From a virus, in IMG/VR virus record IMGVR_UViG_3300025120_000001, positions 48,135 through 112,134 of that record: DNA of 64,000 nucleotides; one strand, 5' to 3'. A program made the translations under genes and the position numbers. Of the stretch, positions 50,230-60,787 are shown piece by piece. Position 1 is the first letter of the stretch, and every line of letters starts with the position of its first letter. The notes below the pieces were generated by a model. The model was given only the letters and a program-made list of their open reading frames with translations, had not been told where the DNA came from and made no database searches.

Positions 50230-51849
50230 TTAGAACGAGCCTCCCGTTACTGGGTTTCTCATTACAATTTTTAGAACTTTAGTTGGATCCTTAACCCAAA
50301 TAGCAGGCATACATTGAGTCATATAAACTCTATACCCATTGAATTGTCCGGTTGAAGCAAATCCTTGCGTTCTTCCCATATAATCCATTGTACCATTTTG
50401 GTAGAACCACTTAAGTTGATTATCCCAAGAAAGTTTCAACAAGTGAATGTTGTCGTTTCCATTATCAGTTACATCAAAAATGATAAAGCTGAATGAGCTT
50501 AATGGTCTTCCATCAATTAATGGATTCTCAATATCATTAGTGTGTAAGTTATCAAATGCTGGGTTAAGTACAAACTTAACGTTAGCAAGGAAAGGAATAG
50601 TAAAGCTTGTGTAAGCAAAACCAAAGTCTAAGTCCATTCCTTTACCAGTTACTGCACCAATATCAGAAGCATTTTGAACTAATCCAGAACCATATACTTC
50701 ATCAGCAATAGCTTTGTTAATTAATTGCATACCGCCAATACCTGTTTGTACAATAAGCTGTCTCTGTGGGTCTGGCCCTTTAAACTCAACTTTTCCTTGG
50801 TAGAAATTGTAAAGTTCAGATTTAAACATATCAAGTGTAAAGCTAGACTTGTTGTATACTCTTTTAAATGAGTTATCCAACTGTGACCAAAGACCAACTG
50901 ATAATCTAATATCATCTGGACCGTCTTGTCTAATTCTACCACCTTTACCCCACATTAGGTAAGTCTCAATATCATTTGCAATCTTAGAAAGATGTGCCGC
51001 TTCCATATTTGTAACGAAAGTTCTAGATAATGAACCGCTTTCAAATGCTTCTTTAGCACCTGCTTTACCCATACTTGCTACTAATTCTTCAATAGAAGAA
51101 ACAGAAGGATTGTTAGGATCTTGGTTGAAGTTTCTCCAGATCTCTGTTACAGGAACAGTACCATCTGCATTCATTCCACCTTTGATCATAAGATCTGCTC
51201 TAGAAGAAATAGAATAGTGAACGTGTGCTTCAGCTCCTCCTACAAAGTTGTAGAATTCTCTGAATCCAGATCCCATCTCTATGTCAGAGAATCTTTCACC
51301 ATATTCACCTCTTGCAGAACCTTTTCTAAAGTACTTAGTTCCAGGAACTAAATAAAGGCTTGCATCTAAACTAGCTGCACTATTGTTATTTACTAATTGA
51401 ACTGTGTAAATAAAGCCATCACCTGCAGGGATAATATCTTCTGCTGTAATGTACATTTCAAGTCCATTATACTTATCATAAGTAATAATGTCCCCGTGAC
51501 CAAATGATCTCTTAGAAAGTTTGATTCTAAAAGTAGTACCATCAGCACCAAGATCATTTACAGTTTCTACATCAGAAACAATAAAAGGAAGATCCTGAGC
51601 AATTGGTGTTTGCCATTTGTACTCACCACGAGCGTTGTCTACCATAATGGTATTCTTTCCACCAAATGAAGCCATCTGGTAAAGGGGCATTTCTACTTTT
51701 TGTGTCATTGCCCATAAATCAACTGGTCCCATATCCATAGGTTCTGAAGAACCGAGCATCTGAGACAAGTGATAGGAATCAATATGAGAGCTTGCTTTGT
51801 ATTGCGTGTCTCTCAAAAAGATCCCATTGTTTAAAACTGGAGTTGCCAT
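50230..51849 (-). CDS. Major capsid protein (crAss-like, HK97 fold)
   Basis: 539 aa after portal and scaffold; EYKWQ, IETYLMWGKGG, GLWSQL, QTGIGG, IWVKDPTK; strong codon bias; followed by a terminator. Confidence 0.9.
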   Translation of the reverse strand: MATPVLNNGIFLRDTQYKASSHIDSYHLSQMLGSSEPMDMGPVDLWAMTQKVEMPLYQMASFGGKNTIMVDNARGEYKWQTPIAQDLPFIVSDVETVNDLGADGTTFRIKLSKRSFGHGDIITYDKYNGLEMYITAEDIIPAGDGFIYTVQLVNNNSAASLDASLYLVPGTKYFRKGSARGEYGERFSDIEMGSGFREFYNFVGGAEAHVHYSISSRADLMIKGGMNADGTVPVTEIWRNFNQDPNNPSVSSIEELVASMGKAGAKEAFESGSLSRTFVTNMEAAHLSKIANDIETYLMWGKGGRIRQDGPDDIRLSVGLWSQLDNSFKRVYNKSSFTLDMFKSELYNFYQGKVEFKGPDPQRQLIVQTGIGGMQLINKAIADEVYGSGLVQNASDIGAVTGKGMDLDFGFAYTSFTIPFLANVKFVLNPAFDNLHTNDIENPLIDGRPLSSFSFIIFDVTDNGNDNIHLLKLSWDNQLKWFYQNGTMDYMGRTQGFASTGQFNGYRVYMTQCMPAIWVKDPTKVLKIVMRNPVTGGSF

Positions 51850-51894
51850 AATTGATTGTTTTTTGTTTGTTTGTTATTTATTTATATTTGATTG

Positions 51895-53175
51895 TTAAAT
51901 CCGTTTAAAAAAGTTTTGTGGTTTTGGTATTGTTTTTCTGCTAGGTTTTCTTTCTTTTTCTTTTTCTGCTACACCTAAAGAAGCTCCACCTTTACTAGCT
52001 TGTTCTGTCTTAAGTTGTCTAACAACTTTTTCAGTAGTCTTCTGAGCTCCCATGTCCATGATTTTCTTTTTGTATCCACCTGGGTCTGCTAATAGCCATA
52101 GTGCTTCAGAAATCAAAGTATAATTAGGTTCTTGGAATTGATACTTCTCTAATAGATGACCTAGTAAATTTGTATTCTTTCCACTTACAGAAGGATATGC
52201 TGGCTGAACTAAACCATTATATAATAATGATTGTGTCTTTTTATCAAGCCTCATTCCATTTAAAGTACCTTCTTGCAATGTATGGTATACATTATCCATG
52301 TATTGTTTAGATGCCTCCGCTTGTTGCGCCTGCTTTAATTCTTGCTCTTTTAATTTTTGAGCAACAACCTTTTCTTGCATCTTATCTAATTTAGGCTTAA
52401 ACTTCATCGCTTGTGATTCAAGTTTACCTAAATCTTTCCATATTTCAATTTCTTCCTGAATCTCTTCTGGTGTACCATAACCTGTACTACCTAAATATTC
52501 AGATATAATTCTTTCCTGCCCTCTTTCTGAAGAACCGTCAATTTCAAATGTTTCTTCAGCTTGTGATAATGTTCTGAATAATCCTTTCATATCAGTACCA
52601 CCATTTGCAACATATTGAGCTGCAACTTTTAATTCATTTGGAAGAGCATCAAAAAATTGCTTAGGAGTTTCCCTTCTTACTTGGTTAGCTCTTTCTTCTA
52701 AATTAGCCTCTAAAAGTTCTTCAATATCTTTTGCAGAATAATCCTCTAATGATTTGTCATCATCAAAAGCAAATAGTTTATCAGATTTAACCATTTTATT
52801 AATTACATCTGAAAATCCATTAATTTGCTTTCTTCCTCTAGTTTCTGTTTTTTCTGATTCTACAGAATTATCTGATTCACCGTCCAATGACATATCATCT
52901 AATATATTATCACCTTCCGCTTTAATACCAGCTTCAGTTTTTCTAGTAACTGTATCCGGTATAACCACATCTTCTTCATCCATCCACTCTTCTTTCTTTG
53001 TAGGTTCCGTGAATGTAAAGTCTGCTTCTGGAGTTACTCTATCTAAAATGTTAGGTTTTGCAGTCTCTTCTTCTGGCAATGTTACATTACCAGCGTCTGC
53101 TCCTCCAAACACTTCATCAATATTAATTTCTTCTTTAGTAACCGTGGTTTCTTCCATGTTATTTGTATCACTCAT
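51895..53175 (-). CDS. Putative scaffolding protein (crAss gene-77 position)
   Basis: Highly acidic N-terminus, coiled-coil C-terminus, located between portal and MCP. Confidence 0.7.
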   Translation of the reverse strand: MSDTNNMEETTVTKEEINIDEVFGGADAGNVTLPEEETAKPNILDRVTPEADFTFTEPTKKEEWMDEEDVVIPDTVTRKTEAGIKAEGDNILDDMSLDGESDNSVESEKTETRGRKQINGFSDVINKMVKSDKLFAFDDDKSLEDYSAKDIEELLEANLEERANQVRRETPKQFFDALPNELKVAAQYVANGGTDMKGLFRTLSQAEETFEIDGSSERGQERIISEYLGSTGYGTPEEIQEEIEIWKDLGKLESQAMKFKPKLDKMQEKVVAQKLKEQELKQAQQAEASKQYMDNVYHTLQEGTLNGMRLDKKTQSLLYNGLVQPAYPSVSGKNTNLLGHLLEKYQFQEPNYTLISEALWLLADPGGYKKKIMDMGAQKTTEKVVRQLKTEQASKGGASLGVAEKEKERKPSRKTIPKPQNFFKRI

Positions 53176-53211
53176 AATTGTTGGTTTTTAAAATTCAAAT
53201 GAACTATCATA

Positions 53212-53224
53212 TATAATATAAAAC
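53212..53224 (-). promoter_or_regulatory. Putative late promoter GTTTTATATTATA for the scaffold-MCP operon
   Basis: Recurring motif 36 nt upstream of 53175. Confidence 0.5.
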
Positions 53225-53291
53225 AAAGATTTTGAATAAACTTAAATTATTTGAAATTTATTTAAAGTTTTATACAGTATTATAGCTAACG

Positions 53292-56057
53292 TTATTTCTT
53301 CTTCTTTTTATTAGTATCTTTTTTGGATTGAACGTCATATTTATTTTTATTTTCTCTAGCTATTTGCAGTTGAGTATTTGCTACAGATTGCTGAGTTCTA
53401 AGACGCTCTCTTTCTATATCCATTTTAGATTTATTCTGCTGCTGCTCTATTACAGTTTTACTTCTTGTAGCTTCCATCTGCTCTCTATAACGGGCTGTTT
53501 CTTTTATATCACCCATAGCATCTTTAAAATCAGATACCTGGTTTTGATCAACATCTTGCCCTGATCCATATCCGGCAGCTCTTATCTCTGCTACTGTAAT
53601 GTCTTTTTGTCTTTCTTTTTCAGCTTCTGCAGCTTCAGCTTGGATTCTCATTTGTTCTTGCTGTTGTTGAGCTTGAAGTTGTTCTTGTTGCATTTGCTGT
53701 TGTTGCTGCATTTCTGATTGCCTTTGCATTTCAGTTTTTGTTTCAGCATCTTTAAGTATGTCTGAAACTTCAGCAATTGATTCTGCTTTAATAACATTAC
53801 CGAGATCATATATACTTGCGCCTGTGGTATTATTTTGAATAGCCATTTGCTTAAGCTGCTCAAGAATTTGTCTATGATTTGCTTTAGTTGTGGTGAATAT
53901 GTTAAAGTCACGCAATAATAAATCTGTTCCATTGATTACAAAATTTACTTTTTCTGCTTCACTAGTAATATAACTTAACCTAACGCTAGGTTTAGTACTT
54001 TGGTAAAACTGAGCTAAGTCCGTTCTCATCTGATGAACTCTTGGCATAAGCTGATCTGCATGTTGAGTGAAATACATTTCAGTTTGAGCATATGACTGAT
54101 TCATTGCATTTACAACACCGGTTGCTGTTTCTTGACCCATAGGCGTACCCATACGTTGAGGGTTTACACCAATAGCATCAAATGCCTGTTGTTTAAAGTA
54201 ATTAGCTAATTGTATTCTAGACATTAATCTACTTGTCTGCTCTAGATTAAGTGTTTGATAATGATTAAAGTTTGTTGCATTTTCCGTATTAGTAATAGAT
54301 GTATCTAAAGGAAGCATGCTGAAATCCTTCATTGCGGTATAAGCTTTAGCATAATTATGCTTACCCCAATCTTCACCCATTGAATGTCTAGGTAGTGCAT
54401 TTTGATCAAACATGATAACAGTACCAAGCTCATCTACAAGTATATCTGCAATTTGGTTATTAACCATATTATAACCAACCTGGTATGCTTTCATAAGATC
54501 TACCAATGATGTTGACTTTGTATTTCTATCAGAAAATACTCTTCCTTCCAGCGGAAGTTTACAGCCGTATAATGTATGATCTCCTTTAAACTGAAATGGT
54601 ATTCTACCTGGTTTAGTTCTATTTATACCTAAATAAATTGGATTAATATTATCACCCATATTTGATCTCCAAAAAGCTGGTAGATTTGGTCCAATTTTTA
54701 CACCACCGCAAACTTCATTAATCCATATCCAATCAATGTGTTCTCCTTCTAGTAAATTTTCTTTACTTTTTTGTTTAAAGATTGTAGTATCATAAATAGG
54801 TTTTTCTGTTACTTTATAACTTTCATCAATAACCTCTTGAATCATTTCGCCATTAGATTTAACTCTTGTAAGATGTCCTAATTTGCGTTGTGTTTTCCAG
54901 TATGTAGTTGTAACACGCATTAATTCTGATTCACCCCATGTACTAACATCCTCACCTTCGTTTAATATCATACTTACAATGTCGCCACCTTTAGCTGGAT
55001 CATCAGACCAGTTACTTACAAATTGCCTATAAGCCAATCCGGGCATATTTGTATTCCACTCATGTGACCTTGACGGATCATAATAAGATCCATCATTTTG
55101 CATACCATTGACTTGATATTGCGCAGATCTAGCTGGATATATTTCTTGAAGTGAATGCAGTTGAGCTTCCGTCATCAAATAACCAAATTTATCAATGACA
55201 TCAGATACAGTCATTAAATCAATTTTACCGGCATAATTAGAATTAGCAATATATCTAACATCTGGTGATTTTTGGTAGAATGTTAAAACAGGATTCCAAA
55301 GTTCTACATCATAATCATCTTCCATCATTTTAAAATGCCAGAATTCTCTATCTGTTATGATCATATCTCTGAAGCCTCTTTCCTCCAGCTCTTGCATTTT
55401 GAATCTTTCTTCATCCACCTTTAATTGATGGCTAGCCCACTCCTCAACTAAACTTCTATAATCTTTTGAAAAGAAGTCTTCTATTTCAGGAAGAGATTTA
55501 ATAGCTTCAGGAGACATTTGTTGTTGCGCTTCTTCTGATTCTGGGTCCATGCCCATTTCAATCATTTTTGCTGTAAGTTTAGCCGTTGCATCGGCCAATA
55601 GGTTTTCCTCAACCATGGCTCTCTTATCCTCAAGCATCTCATTATATGATGTGTCATCAACAGCTCTAAATTGAACTTTAGAAAATCTATTAGAAAATTC
55701 TCCAGCTAATACATTAACTACATTTGGTATAATTGGATAAAATTTTAATTCTAGAGCAGACTCATCCTCTTTTGTTAAGACATCCATTAATTCTTTATAA
55801 TCATTGTCTTCTTCAATAATATAATCAGATTTATCAATAATACCTTTTGCTAACTTATAGTTCTTTAAAAGTTTTCTGGCATTTTGTCTTATAAATTCAA
55901 TACCCTGTAATTCTAACCAGTCAATATTCCAAGCATACCAATCATCATTTTTTTTCTTTTTTGGTAGAAACTGTATAGGTTGTGTTAAACTAGATGAAGT
56001 GGGATAACCTTCCCCTTTAGCTCCATTTTTTAACTGCATTGCATTTAATACCTTCAT
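53292..56057 (-). CDS. Portal protein
   Basis: 921 aa after the terminase; YPIIPNVVNVLAGE, WIWINEV, SLVDLMKAYQ, GVNPQRMG; Q-rich coiled-coil tail. Confidence 0.9.
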   Translation of the reverse strand: MKVLNAMQLKNGAKGEGYPTSSSLTQPIQFLPKKKKNDDWYAWNIDWLELQGIEFIRQNARKLLKNYKLAKGIIDKSDYIIEEDNDYKELMDVLTKEDESALELKFYPIIPNVVNVLAGEFSNRFSKVQFRAVDDTSYNEMLEDKRAMVEENLLADATAKLTAKMIEMGMDPESEEAQQQMSPEAIKSLPEIEDFFSKDYRSLVEEWASHQLKVDEERFKMQELEERGFRDMIITDREFWHFKMMEDDYDVELWNPVLTFYQKSPDVRYIANSNYAGKIDLMTVSDVIDKFGYLMTEAQLHSLQEIYPARSAQYQVNGMQNDGSYYDPSRSHEWNTNMPGLAYRQFVSNWSDDPAKGGDIVSMILNEGEDVSTWGESELMRVTTTYWKTQRKLGHLTRVKSNGEMIQEVIDESYKVTEKPIYDTTIFKQKSKENLLEGEHIDWIWINEVCGGVKIGPNLPAFWRSNMGDNINPIYLGINRTKPGRIPFQFKGDHTLYGCKLPLEGRVFSDRNTKSTSLVDLMKAYQVGYNMVNNQIADILVDELGTVIMFDQNALPRHSMGEDWGKHNYAKAYTAMKDFSMLPLDTSITNTENATNFNHYQTLNLEQTSRLMSRIQLANYFKQQAFDAIGVNPQRMGTPMGQETATGVVNAMNQSYAQTEMYFTQHADQLMPRVHQMRTDLAQFYQSTKPSVRLSYITSEAEKVNFVINGTDLLLRDFNIFTTTKANHRQILEQLKQMAIQNNTTGASIYDLGNVIKAESIAEVSDILKDAETKTEMQRQSEMQQQQQMQQEQLQAQQQQEQMRIQAEAAEAEKERQKDITVAEIRAAGYGSGQDVDQNQVSDFKDAMGDIKETARYREQMEATRSKTVIEQQQNKSKMDIERERLRTQQSVANTQLQIARENKNKYDVQSKKDTNKKKKK

Positions 56058-58243
56058 TATCTAAAATTTTTAAATCCGCTTCTTTTTCCCTTTCTTGATA
56101 GGGCTGACTTTTTGCGGCCTACATTTTTGAATGGACTATACTTTAATTTATACAAATTTTGTGACTTTTCCAAGGAAGAGTCCCTTTCTTTAATCTTTAA
56201 ATACCCTCTATTTGACTGCTGAACTTTAGCAAATGCAATAAGTGCTGCAAATGAAACCAGTCTATCCACGTTAACTCCAGGTTGATATGCCAACATCTCT
56301 TTTAGTAACATGGGATCCGGTATTCTTTCAATACCTAAAGTAGAACTTATAACATTGCCCTCTTCATCTAAGTCCTCATTAATTTCTTCTCTTAAGAACT
56401 CAATTGCATATGATATCAAATGACTTTTAAATAGTGTACCTGTATTTTTCCAACCATATTCTTGATATACTGATTTATTAGAACCTAGATCTTTTAAAAA
56501 TAATATCTGTTGCTTTGGTACAAGATATTTTTGTTTCTTTTTGGATATCATATATTGAATAAATAATGATATGTTATTTTCAATAACAGCCCATGCGTTA
56601 TACCATTCAATAATTAATTGAAGTTGTTCATGCGTTTTGTTTATATCATCATACCTTCCACACCAAGCCGCCACTACTTTATCTTTTTCAATAACATGCT
56701 CTATACCTTCTGGTGATTCTCTTGTAATTTCAACAGCGTTTTTATAAACGTAGATACTACACAATGAATCAGAGGTTGTGGTTTTACCTTCTGATACGGG
56801 GTCAATAGATGCATAATATGCACCCCATTTTGGATTTTTAACTGGTCTTTCCCATACAACAAGACAGCCTGTTTTATCGTGCATTTTTTTATCTACTGGA
56901 AACGTTGATATTGGAAGTTTAGATGTTCTCTTTGCTATTATTCCTTCATGTGTTCTTTCAAGCGCTATATGTTCATAATGATATTCTTTATCTTCAATCT
57001 TTTTAAGCTGTTTTTGAATAATGCCTTGTGGGAATATAGATTCTTTTCTATATGCAAATCCTTCTGCAATATTTGTTGGTTTCTGAGATATTCTAAGTTG
57101 GTATTGCTCCGGATTTAGTTTCATCTTCCATTCAGCTCTTTCTATCAATATTGCATTAAGAGCATCAACTACAAGAGAATTACCATAATCATCAATGTAC
57201 GGAGGCATAGACCATTGCTCTGGAATAAATAATCCAGATAAACCTCTTGTGCCATCTTTATCTAAAAGATTTGTTTCAACAGAGTATATATCATTATTGG
57301 TTGGATTCAATATCATATCCTTAAGAGGATTGCATTGATCCAAGTCACCAACTGATCCAGCTGCAATGAATTGCCCAGTAGTCATCATTCCAGAAGACAT
57401 TGCAGGACGCAAGTACTCATATGTATCCATCATCTTAGGTGCAATACCAGCCTCCTCATGAAAGAAGTAAGTTGTTGGCCCACCTACACCAGTTGTTGCA
57501 TTCTTCTCAAATGAAGCACCCTGTATTTTAGATTTTAAACCTTTACTTGTCTTTCTATTTGTACCTCCAATTTTGATTTCAATCTGTTGTTGCCAAAGCA
57601 AAACTTTCTCCGGGTTACTTGGTCTATACCAAGCTGTATGCTCATTAAGAAAATCTTTATATTCTTCAAGAAACTTCCAAGAACCTTTGTCATTTATATA
57701 ATCCTTAAGACTTGCTCCTATTTTACAAACGCTACCTTCTTCAAACCAATAGGTGTTTATGAGTTTACCCATATGAAAATAAGAAGAAGCTATTTGACGT
57801 TTCTTAAATATAGCAGCATGCTTATGATTTAATTCAGCTAATACTTCATATAATGCCATGTGATATTGAGCATCTCTTACTTTAGCAAATCCGTAAGCCT
57901 TTTCTTCTTTATCATAAATAGGAAGAAAGTTTAACCACATGTAATAATCTCTAGTTAAATACCATGTCTCACCCTTGTTGTGATATATAACTCCATTTCT
58001 GCATTTATTTTTTTGATCATCCCAATACTTAATAAAGTCCTTGGATCTAAACGGAGAGTTGCAATAAAAACCTTGAGTATTAAATATTCTAGCTTGTTCA
58101 TTAAAGATGTAAGCCGTTTCATCAAAATTATATTTACCGGGTTCTCTAAATAGAGGCAATAAAAAAGTTAACCACTCTTGATCATTTTCAAAAATGGTTT
58201 CAGTCCATTGACCGTTATCATATGTAGCTACAACTTTACTCAT
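56057..58243 (-). CDS. terL: Terminase large subunit
   Basis: KKRQIASSYF (crAss-type Walker A), YFFHEEAG (Walker B), SIDPV and NVDRL nuclease motifs; probable start MSKVV at 58243. Confidence 0.92.
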   Translation of the reverse strand: MSKVVATYDNGQWTETIFENDQEWLTFLLPLFREPGKYNFDETAYIFNEQARIFNTQGFYCNSPFRSKDFIKYWDDQKNKCRNGVIYHNKGETWYLTRDYYMWLNFLPIYDKEEKAYGFAKVRDAQYHMALYEVLAELNHKHAAIFKKRQIASSYFHMGKLINTYWFEEGSVCKIGASLKDYINDKGSWKFLEEYKDFLNEHTAWYRPSNPEKVLLWQQQIEIKIGGTNRKTSKGLKSKIQGASFEKNATTGVGGPTTYFFHEEAGIAPKMMDTYEYLRPAMSSGMMTTGQFIAAGSVGDLDQCNPLKDMILNPTNNDIYSVETNLLDKDGTRGLSGLFIPEQWSMPPYIDDYGNSLVVDALNAILIERAEWKMKLNPEQYQLRISQKPTNIAEGFAYRKESIFPQGIIQKQLKKIEDKEYHYEHIALERTHEGIIAKRTSKLPISTFPVDKKMHDKTGCLVVWERPVKNPKWGAYYASIDPVSEGKTTTSDSLCSIYVYKNAVEITRESPEGIEHVIEKDKVVAAWCGRYDDINKTHEQLQLIIEWYNAWAVIENNISLFIQYMISKKKQKYLVPKQQILFLKDLGSNKSVYQEYGWKNTGTLFKSHLISYAIEFLREEINEDLDEEGNVISSTLGIERIPDPMLLKEMLAYQPGVNVDRLVSFAALIAFAKVQQSNRGYLKIKERDSSLEKSQNLYKLKYSPFKNVGRKKSALSRKGKRSGFKNFR

Positions 58244-58502
58244 CAAGAATTTTTGCATATATCATATCGCAATTCATTAATAAAACATTATCACCATCAT
58301 GCTTCATTTCAATACCGTCTGCATGTTCTGAATATTTAACAGTATCTCCAACACTAAGTGTATCAACAGAGTCCCCTACCGCAACTACTGTTGCAATATA
58401 CTCATTAACTGTTTCTGTTCTTAGTATTGTTGTTCCAGCGTAATAATCAGCTGCCTTTTTGTTCTTTATCAGAACTTTCCTCCCTATTGGTACTACTTTC
58501 AT
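58236..58502 (-). CDS. groES: GroES/Cpn10-like co-chaperonin
   Basis: MKVVPIGRKVLIK...ATVVAVGDSV..LSVGDTVKY...GIEMKHDG..VLLM...IYAKI follows the Cpn10 pattern; start at 58502 after an A-rich leader. Confidence 0.85.
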   Translation of the reverse strand: MKVVPIGRKVLIKNKKAADYYAGTTILRTETVNEYIATVVAVGDSVDTLSVGDTVKYSEHADGIEMKHDGDNVLLMNCDMIYAKILDE

Positions 58503-58582
58503 TTTTATTATTTTTTGTTGATTCTTCTTTTTTCCAAACTGGTTCATCCCAGTATAAAAACACTAAATTTTCTTTATATTTT

Positions 58583-59098
58583 TTATTGGTCATATGCTAA
58601 TCCTTGGCCACCTCTTACGGATGTTGTTTGCTCACTTTTGAGATCTTTGTATGCACCCTTGAATGACTGACGTATTGCATCAAAATCTTTAGCTACAGCT
58701 CTTATTTGGCTAATGTTGCCATCTCTTCCGTCTGTTATTTGAGTGTTTGCCATATATGTGGCCATATTATCCAATGCTTTTTTAATACCCATGAATGCTC
58801 TAAGTGTTGGGGTTTCATATAGTTTCATGCACATATCTACGGCATATCTTATTTTAGGATCCTCCGTAGACTCTTCTAACTTAACTTCAGTTATAATAAT
58901 GTCTTCCTTTTCATGTTCAGGTAAATTAAAAAATGGATTAGATTCGGGATCTGGGCATGTCATATAAAATAAGTACTGGTATATAGACATATGTGTTTTT
59001 GGATATTCATCCATTATAGATTTTAAAAAATCTAAACTATAACAATGCTCTGTTACTACCACCTTTTCATTCTGTATATCAAATAGCTTTGTCATCAT
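58583..59098 (-). CDS. Hypothetical protein upstream of terL (possible small terminase-like)
   Basis: 171 aa, helical, ends VRGGQGLAYDQ; the function guess rests on position only. Confidence 0.5.
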   Translation of the reverse strand: MMTKLFDIQNEKVVVTEHCYSLDFLKSIMDEYPKTHMSIYQYLFYMTCPDPESNPFFNLPEHEKEDIIITEVKLEESTEDPKIRYAVDMCMKLYETPTLRAFMGIKKALDNMATYMANTQITDGRDGNISQIRAVAKDFDAIRQSFKGAYKDLKSEQTTSVRGGQGLAYDQ

Positions 59099-59100
59099 AT

Positions 59101-59454
59101 CTAAACTGTTATGTCATCTTTTACCGAAATAATATTGGCATCAATAATCTTTTTTTTGCCATCTGCTAAGTAAACATCTGTTTTACTAGGAACTTGTGTT
59201 CCTGAATCATTAACATGTACGGTTAAAGAAACTATCTGACGAATGTATATATATCCTTGTACTGACACATCAGTGGTAGTTTGGGTAATCTCTGGATAAG
59301 AAGGTGCACCCGGCATATCTAAAGTAAATTGGTTAGGCGGACTTCCAAATGTCTCACTTGTAGGGGGTGATCCACCAGTTTGTGTTTCAGTGGTGGTAGT
59401 TATTTGTTCTATAAATGTGAACGATACTAATTCATCTGCAGGAAGCAATGCCAT
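59101..59454 (-). CDS. Hypothetical Thr/Pro-rich protein
   Basis: 117-aa ORF tightly packed in the operon. Confidence 0.55.
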   Translation of the reverse strand: MALLPADELVSFTFIEQITTTTETQTGGSPPTSETFGSPPNQFTLDMPGAPSYPEITQTTTDVSVQGYIYIRQIVSLTVHVNDSGTQVPSKTDVYLADGKKKIIDANIISVKDDITV

Positions 59455-59455
59455 T

Positions 59456-60265
59456 TTATTTTGTTTTTAGCCAGTTAATAATAGAAATTACCTCATTCTT
59501 TAAATAGGGTAAGTCATACATAATAATTTCATCTAAGACAGGTTCTCCGTTTACATGTTCATTTATTGGATATCCGTTTTTATCTTCTCCGAGCTGCTTA
59601 AACTTTACATGTTGGATTGTTAACTTTCCTATCTTAAGTTTAGGGTTGTGTTTTTTAATAATATACGCATAAATACTCAATTGTAGATTATAATGACTCA
59701 AATTACAATCATCTAAATGAGATACTGGATTATATAACTTTTTAGTAATACCTTCCCAGTTAGTAAAGCCTTTCTCTTTTATTTCTTTATTTGTTTTATA
59801 ATCATTAATGTTGATAACCCCATTTACTACCTCAACTACATCAGCTTGACCACAGAGCTTTGCTGATTTTAAATATACCAAGTGTTCAGGATATAAACCA
59901 TCAGATAACTTTTGTTCTGGCGCAAGTTTATTTCCGTTTTCTTTAACCAAAGGTTTTATAATTGGAACCTCAACACCCTCTCTTTGAATTGTATTTAATT
60001 CAAGCATGTCAGCTTCTCTTTGATTATGATACCAATTTCCTAATTTGATAGCTCTATTTTTTTCATTCTCCCAGGCATCTAAAATTTCTTTTGGGGTCAT
60101 ACCATACCATTTGGATCTTTTATTCTTAGAAGACTTCTTAGCTATTGTTTTGGCATCAAAGGGTTCTTTAAACTTGCCTACTAATGAGGTAACACTAACC
60201 CAATCTATCTGATCTTGATCATTACTTTCATATGTATGACCTTCTTCTTTAAATACTATTGCCAT
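59456..60265 (-). CDS. PD-(D/E)xK nuclease (Cas4/RecB-like exonuclease family)
   Basis: SVTSLV, LGNWYH, PEHLVY, CGQADVV, INDYKTNK, HYNLQLSIY. Confidence 0.85.
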   Translation of the reverse strand: MAIVFKEEGHTYESNDQDQIDWVSVTSLVGKFKEPFDAKTIAKKSSKNKRSKWYGMTPKEILDAWENEKNRAIKLGNWYHNQREADMLELNTIQREGVEVPIIKPLVKENGNKLAPEQKLSDGLYPEHLVYLKSAKLCGQADVVEVVNGVININDYKTNKEIKEKGFTNWEGITKKLYNPVSHLDDCNLSHYNLQLSIYAYIIKKHNPKLKIGKLTIQHVKFKQLGEDKNGYPINEHVNGEPVLDEIIMYDLPYLKNEVISIINWLKTK

Positions 60266-60267
60266 AA

Positions 60268-60486
60268 TTATAAGTTTTGCACTCCTGGAAAATTTATGTT
60301 TGTATTAGAAATTAACTTAGCAACTTCTCCTCCAAAATCTTTGTCATTTGGGAAATCGCGTCTTAAGTTAATAATTTTTTCTTTGAAGTTTTTATTGCTC
60401 TCCACAAAAGTATATTCTACATTAGGTGTTGAGTACTCTTTAGTTTGTCTATGTTTATTTAGATTCTCTTTCATCTTGTCCATCAT
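60268..60486 (-). CDS. Hypothetical protein
   Basis: 72 aa, co-oriented; FPNDKDFGGEV. Confidence 0.55.
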   Translation of the reverse strand: MMDKMKENLNKHRQTKEYSTPNVEYTFVESNKNFKEKIINLRRDFPNDKDFGGEVAKLISNTNINFPGVQNL

Positions 60487-60787
60487 CTATGCTTTTATTT
60501 AATTCATCTTCTTCATCTTCCGTTAATACTGCTTTCCACTTATCTGAAGGGCAGGCGCTAGATAAAGATCTAAGTTTGAAACCAAGGCTGCAACCACATT
60601 CACCACAACATGGCTGTGTACCCGGCATTGTACACTTATCTCCTTTTACATCTAAAGATGCGCACTTAATGCAGATCTGCCATCTATCATTTGCTATAAC
60701 CTCAACATGCTTCTTCTTAAAGAGCTTATTTTTTATTCCTTCAAGAATTTGATTTCTATTTTGGAATATTTTTTTTATTCCTTTCAT
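60455..60787 (-). CDS. Cys-rich metal-binding protein
   Basis: R..ICIKC...C......CCGECGC....K.R.....CP..KW pattern. Confidence 0.7.
   Translation of the reverse strand: MKGIKKIFQNRNQILEGIKNKLFKKKHVEVIANDRWQICIKCASLDVKGDKCTMPGTQPCCGECGCSLGFKLRSLSSACPSDKWKAVLTEDEEDELNKSIDDGQDERESK

Noticed and set aside
50230-58258. Introns or inteins in terminase, portal or MCP
   Set aside because: The ORFs are uninterrupted and of ordinary length, and I saw no intein splice or homing-endonuclease motifs.
58503-58582. N-terminal extension of GroES (ORF-track start 58547)
   Set aside because: The extension is an A-rich leader read as Lys/Asn/Gln; Cpn10 similarity begins at MKVVP (58502).
59456-60265. Cas4 as part of a CRISPR system
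   Set aside because: Stand-alone PD-(D/E)xK nuclease with no Fe-S Cys cluster, cas genes or array nearby.
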